DNA of 45,314 nucleotides from an uncultured Candidatus Micrarchaeota archaeon (GTDB lineage: Archaea > Micrarchaeota > Micrarchaeia > CAILAH01), in the NCBI GenBank assembly GCA_903832205.1, contig CAILAH010000063.1, positions 1 through 45,314 of the forward strand, in the 5' to 3' direction. Numbering within the stretch: position 1 is the stretch's first letter; each line of letters starts with the position of its first letter. Under the pieces are notes generated by a model. It was given only the letters and a program-made list of their open reading frames with translations. It did not search any database and was not told the DNA's origin. A program made the translations under genes and the position numbers. Positions 42,703 through 45,314 of the stretch are shown piece by piece.

Positions 42703-45314
42703 TTACTGCTTAATCTTCTTGAGCTCGTCAACGGCCCTGCTTACCTGCACGCTGGTCCTGTTGCCGAAATCCTTTATTCCCTTTGCCTTTGCGCCTACGG
42801 ACTTGACCGCATCGTTTGCAATGCCCTCGCTTTTCATAATCACATAGCCTACGGTCGCGTTCTTCTGCACCAACGGCTTGCCGTACATCCAGCCGAATGT
42901 TGCCGCTGCGGCAATCACGGCTGCAGCCGCAAGATACTTGAGAGTCCTCTTCATTTCTGTCCTCTCTTTTCTCACAGCAACTTTTCTCGGCAGCTCATAG
43001 AACGCCCTGAGCAATACCTTTTCGAACTCATATGCGTTCTCCTTTATCTTCTGCTCCGAAACGAAAGGCACCCTGGACTCAATTGCGATTTCCAGAATGT
43101 CCTCGTGGCCAACGCGCTCGCCCGCAACCACATGCCTGAGGATGTCCTTTGTAAGCAACATTGTCCTCTCAAACGTGTTCTGGCCCGGGTAGAAGCACTT
43201 GTCAATGACTTGGTTGAGGTCAAAGGTTATCTTAATGTCCTCTTCCGTTCTCATCTCAACGCGCATCTTCTCGCTCGCCTTTGGCGCTTCTGCCGCAGGT
43301 TGCGGTGCAGCCTGTGCTGCTGGCACGGCGGGAGTCTCAAACAAGACATCTTCCTTTGGTGCCGGCTTTGGAGGCACTGTGTGCGCATGCCTCTCCTCAT
43401 CTTTATTTCCTTTCATAGTATCTACCATAGTAACATCCTCCTTTTTTTCTCCTCTTTTTTTCTCAGCGTCAATAATTTCCTGAGGAATATCATACTCTTC
43501 ATCAGTTGTTTGTATTGGTTCATTGAGTGCGGGCGCATCACCGCTAAGCATGCGCACTTCCTCATCGTTCAATACCTCTCCGGTTGTTTGTATAGGCTCA
43601 TCAGTGGCATCATATGCCTCTTCCCCACCGTACATTGATTCCACATGTATTGGCTTATGGAATGAAAATGCCCTCTGTACTGCCGGCTCAGGTACAAATA
43701 CTAGCGGCTCTACACAAAGATCCCCATCCATCATAATCTCATTGCCCGCGCTGGTTGTCTGCCTTTCGTAGGGGAACAATGGCGCACTTTCAGTGCCATA
43801 ATATGTAATGTTCGCGCCCTCATGGAACGGGAATGATGCCTGCCCTTCCTTGAAGACCCTTGCCACAACACTGCCGGGGTGGGCTTTTGACAAAGACCTG
43901 TTAACCGCAGCAGCTAGCGATTCATCCGCAGGGCGTGCTGCCTCTTCGGGATGAACTGCTTCCACCAATCTTGTTTCAGCAGCATGCACATCAGCCGCGG
44001 CAAGCGGCGTATCCTGAATTGCAGGCTCAGCTGCAACAAACGGGACATCCTCATACAGCGCCATCACCGGAGCCCTGGCTTCCATCACAGCATTTTGCTC
44101 AGCAATAAGTTCAGCTGCATCTGGCTCAGTAATCGCAGCGGGTTCAGCAAAAACCTGCTCAACATCAGCCTCGGTAACCAGCGGCAATTGTTCTTCCTTC
44201 ACTGGAGGCACAACCTCCACAATCTCTGCCGATGCTATCATAGGAAATTCATCAGTTACCCGCTTTGAAGCAGGAACCTCAATAACGTCAGCCGGTGCTG
44301 CCATGGGCAACTCATCTGCAATTGGCCTTGCCTCTGCAGCAGGCTGTGCAATAGGAATTTCTGTTTGTGCCACAACTGGCTTTTCAGCAGCAGGTGCAAC
44401 AACAGGCTCTTCCGCCTTTGGTGCCTCAACCGCATCATGCGGCACAGCAGTGTGAACAAGCAGCGGTATTTGCGGCTCTTCAACAACAGGCGTGTCATTT
44501 GCAGCCGCATCAATCAGGTGCTGCGGTATTGTAACAGGCCTTGTAACTTCCTGTGAGAACATTGGCGCCTTTCCAGGCACAATAATATCAACAGGCGGCT
44601 CTGGGGCACCGTTATCGCCCGCGGCCAATGCCTCATTCACCGCATCATGATCAATTATGAATGAAGGCTCACTGCTTCCTTCGCCTTCAACAATATTAAT
44701 GCCGGGCATCTCAGCAGTCTTCCTCTTCTGCGAATCCGGGCGCACAGCATCGCGAATCTCACTCACGGCGCTCTGCACCACTTCATCCGCAATTGTTTCG
44801 CCATCCATTTCCGCCTTGGCGTCAACGGGCTTAAACACCCCATTGAATACCTCATCGCTTTTTGCGGAAATGCCAAAGAAGCCGGCATTGAGCCCGGCCA
44901 TCTCCTGTGGCACTGATTCCCCGGGAACGGCTCCCTTGGGCCTCTCACCATCAATTTCCACTCCCATCAACGAATGGGTAATTGCGGTCTGGTCCTCATC
45001 ATTAACATAAACCCCGCTTTCCTTCCTGCTGCCGACCGCCTCAATCTTTCCAAGCACGCCCCTTGGCATGTACCACTTGTCTTTTCGGTTCCCGAAGTCA
45101 ATTATGCGCTGCAGGCGGCCCTTCCTGTAGTAGGAATCTATGGCCCGCTTTCCCGCCTCAATTCTCACAACATCGGGAATATCGGCATAGACAGCACAGA
45201 TATCCTCGAGCTTGAATTCCATGTCAGCTTTCACGCACAGGTTCACGCATTTCATGCCCGCGGCAATCCTGGCCATCCCAGGCAGATTTACATCCTGCGC
45301 GTATTCAATAAGCA
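42703..45314 (-). CDS. Large acidic Pro/Ala/Glu-rich protein with a C-terminal TM helix; 5'-truncated by the window edge
   Basis: The frame stays open upstream of ATG 45276 to the window end (LIEYAQDVNLPG-MAR). Low-complexity core; TM helix YLAAAAVIAAAATFGWMYG. Confidence 0.75.
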   Translation of the reverse strand, partial: LIEYAQDVNLPGMARIAAGMKCVNLCVKADMEFKLEDICAVYADIPDVVRIEAGKRAIDSYYRKGRLQRIIDFGNRKDKWYMPRGVLGKIEAVGSRKESGVYVNDEDQTAITHSLMGVEIDGERPKGAVPGESVPQEMAGLNAGFFGISAKSDEVFNGVFKPVDAKAEMDGETIADEVVQSAVSEIRDAVRPDSQKRKTAEMPGINIVEGEGSSEPSFIIDHDAVNEALAAGDNGAPEPPVDIIVPGKAPMFSQEVTRPVTIPQHLIDAAANDTPVVEEPQIPLLVHTAVPHDAVEAPKAEEPVVAPAAEKPVVAQTEIPIAQPAAEARPIADELPMAAPADVIEVPASKRVTDEFPMIASAEIVEVVPPVKEEQLPLVTEADVEQVFAEPAAITEPDAAELIAEQNAVMEARAPVMALYEDVPFVAAEPAIQDTPLAAADVHAAETRLVEAVHPEEAARPADESLAAAVNRSLSKAHPGSVVARVFKEGQASFPFHEGANITYYGTESAPLFPYERQTTSAGNEIMMDGDLCVEPLVFVPEPAVQRAFSFHKPIHVESMYGGEEAYDATDEPIQTTGEVLNDEEVRMLSGDAPALNEPIQTTDEEYDIPQEIIDAEKKRGEKKEDVTMVDTMKGNKDEERHAHTVPPKPAPKEDVLFETPAVPAAQAAPQPAAEAPKASEKMRVEMRTEEDIKITFDLNQVIDKCFYPGQNTFERTMLLTKDILRHVVAGERVGHEDILEIAIESRVPFVSEQKIKENAYEFEKVLLRAFYELPRKVAVRKERTEMKRTLKYLAAAAVIAAAATFGWMYGKPLVQKNATVGYVIMKSEGIANDAVKSVGAKAKGIKDFGNRTSVQVSRAVDELKKIKQ

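Overview
Gene-dense archaeal DNA. A DPANN origin, probably Micrarchaeota-like, is inferred from gene content and is not proven. Housekeeping genes: apgM, an ftsZ-secE-spt5-rpl11 operon, ribose-1,5-bisphosphate isomerase plus AMP phosphorylase, a T2SS-F/TadC-like membrane protein, an S-layer protein, dph2, ppsA, argS, ogg, gatE, a lone A/V-ATPase subunit D, mscL, pyk, a protein-disulfide oxidoreductase, a DUF2666-like protein, archaeal dephospho-CoA kinase, carS and sppA. Uncharacterised envelope genes include two Cys-repeat lipoproteins, a beta-propeller, a roughly 2280-aa membrane protein coupled to a roughly 710-aa lipoprotein, and a long acidic tail-anchored protein. The most striking signal is non-coding. 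tRNA-Glu(CUC) carries two introns of about 130 nt (positions 37/38 and 59/60) and tRNA-Ser(UGA) carries a 146-nt intron. These introns are mosaics of small palindromic modules (called A, B and C here). A and B also occur as free intergenic copies, and the set shows compensatory base changes, both orientations, nested insertions and one possible target-site duplication. This suggests a non-autonomous hairpin-element system that uses tRNA introns as safe havens. No transposase is present in the window. The first 148 bp encode the N-terminus of a bacterial RpoC, probably a chimeric contig end. All calls come from motif recognition by eye; no database searches were run.
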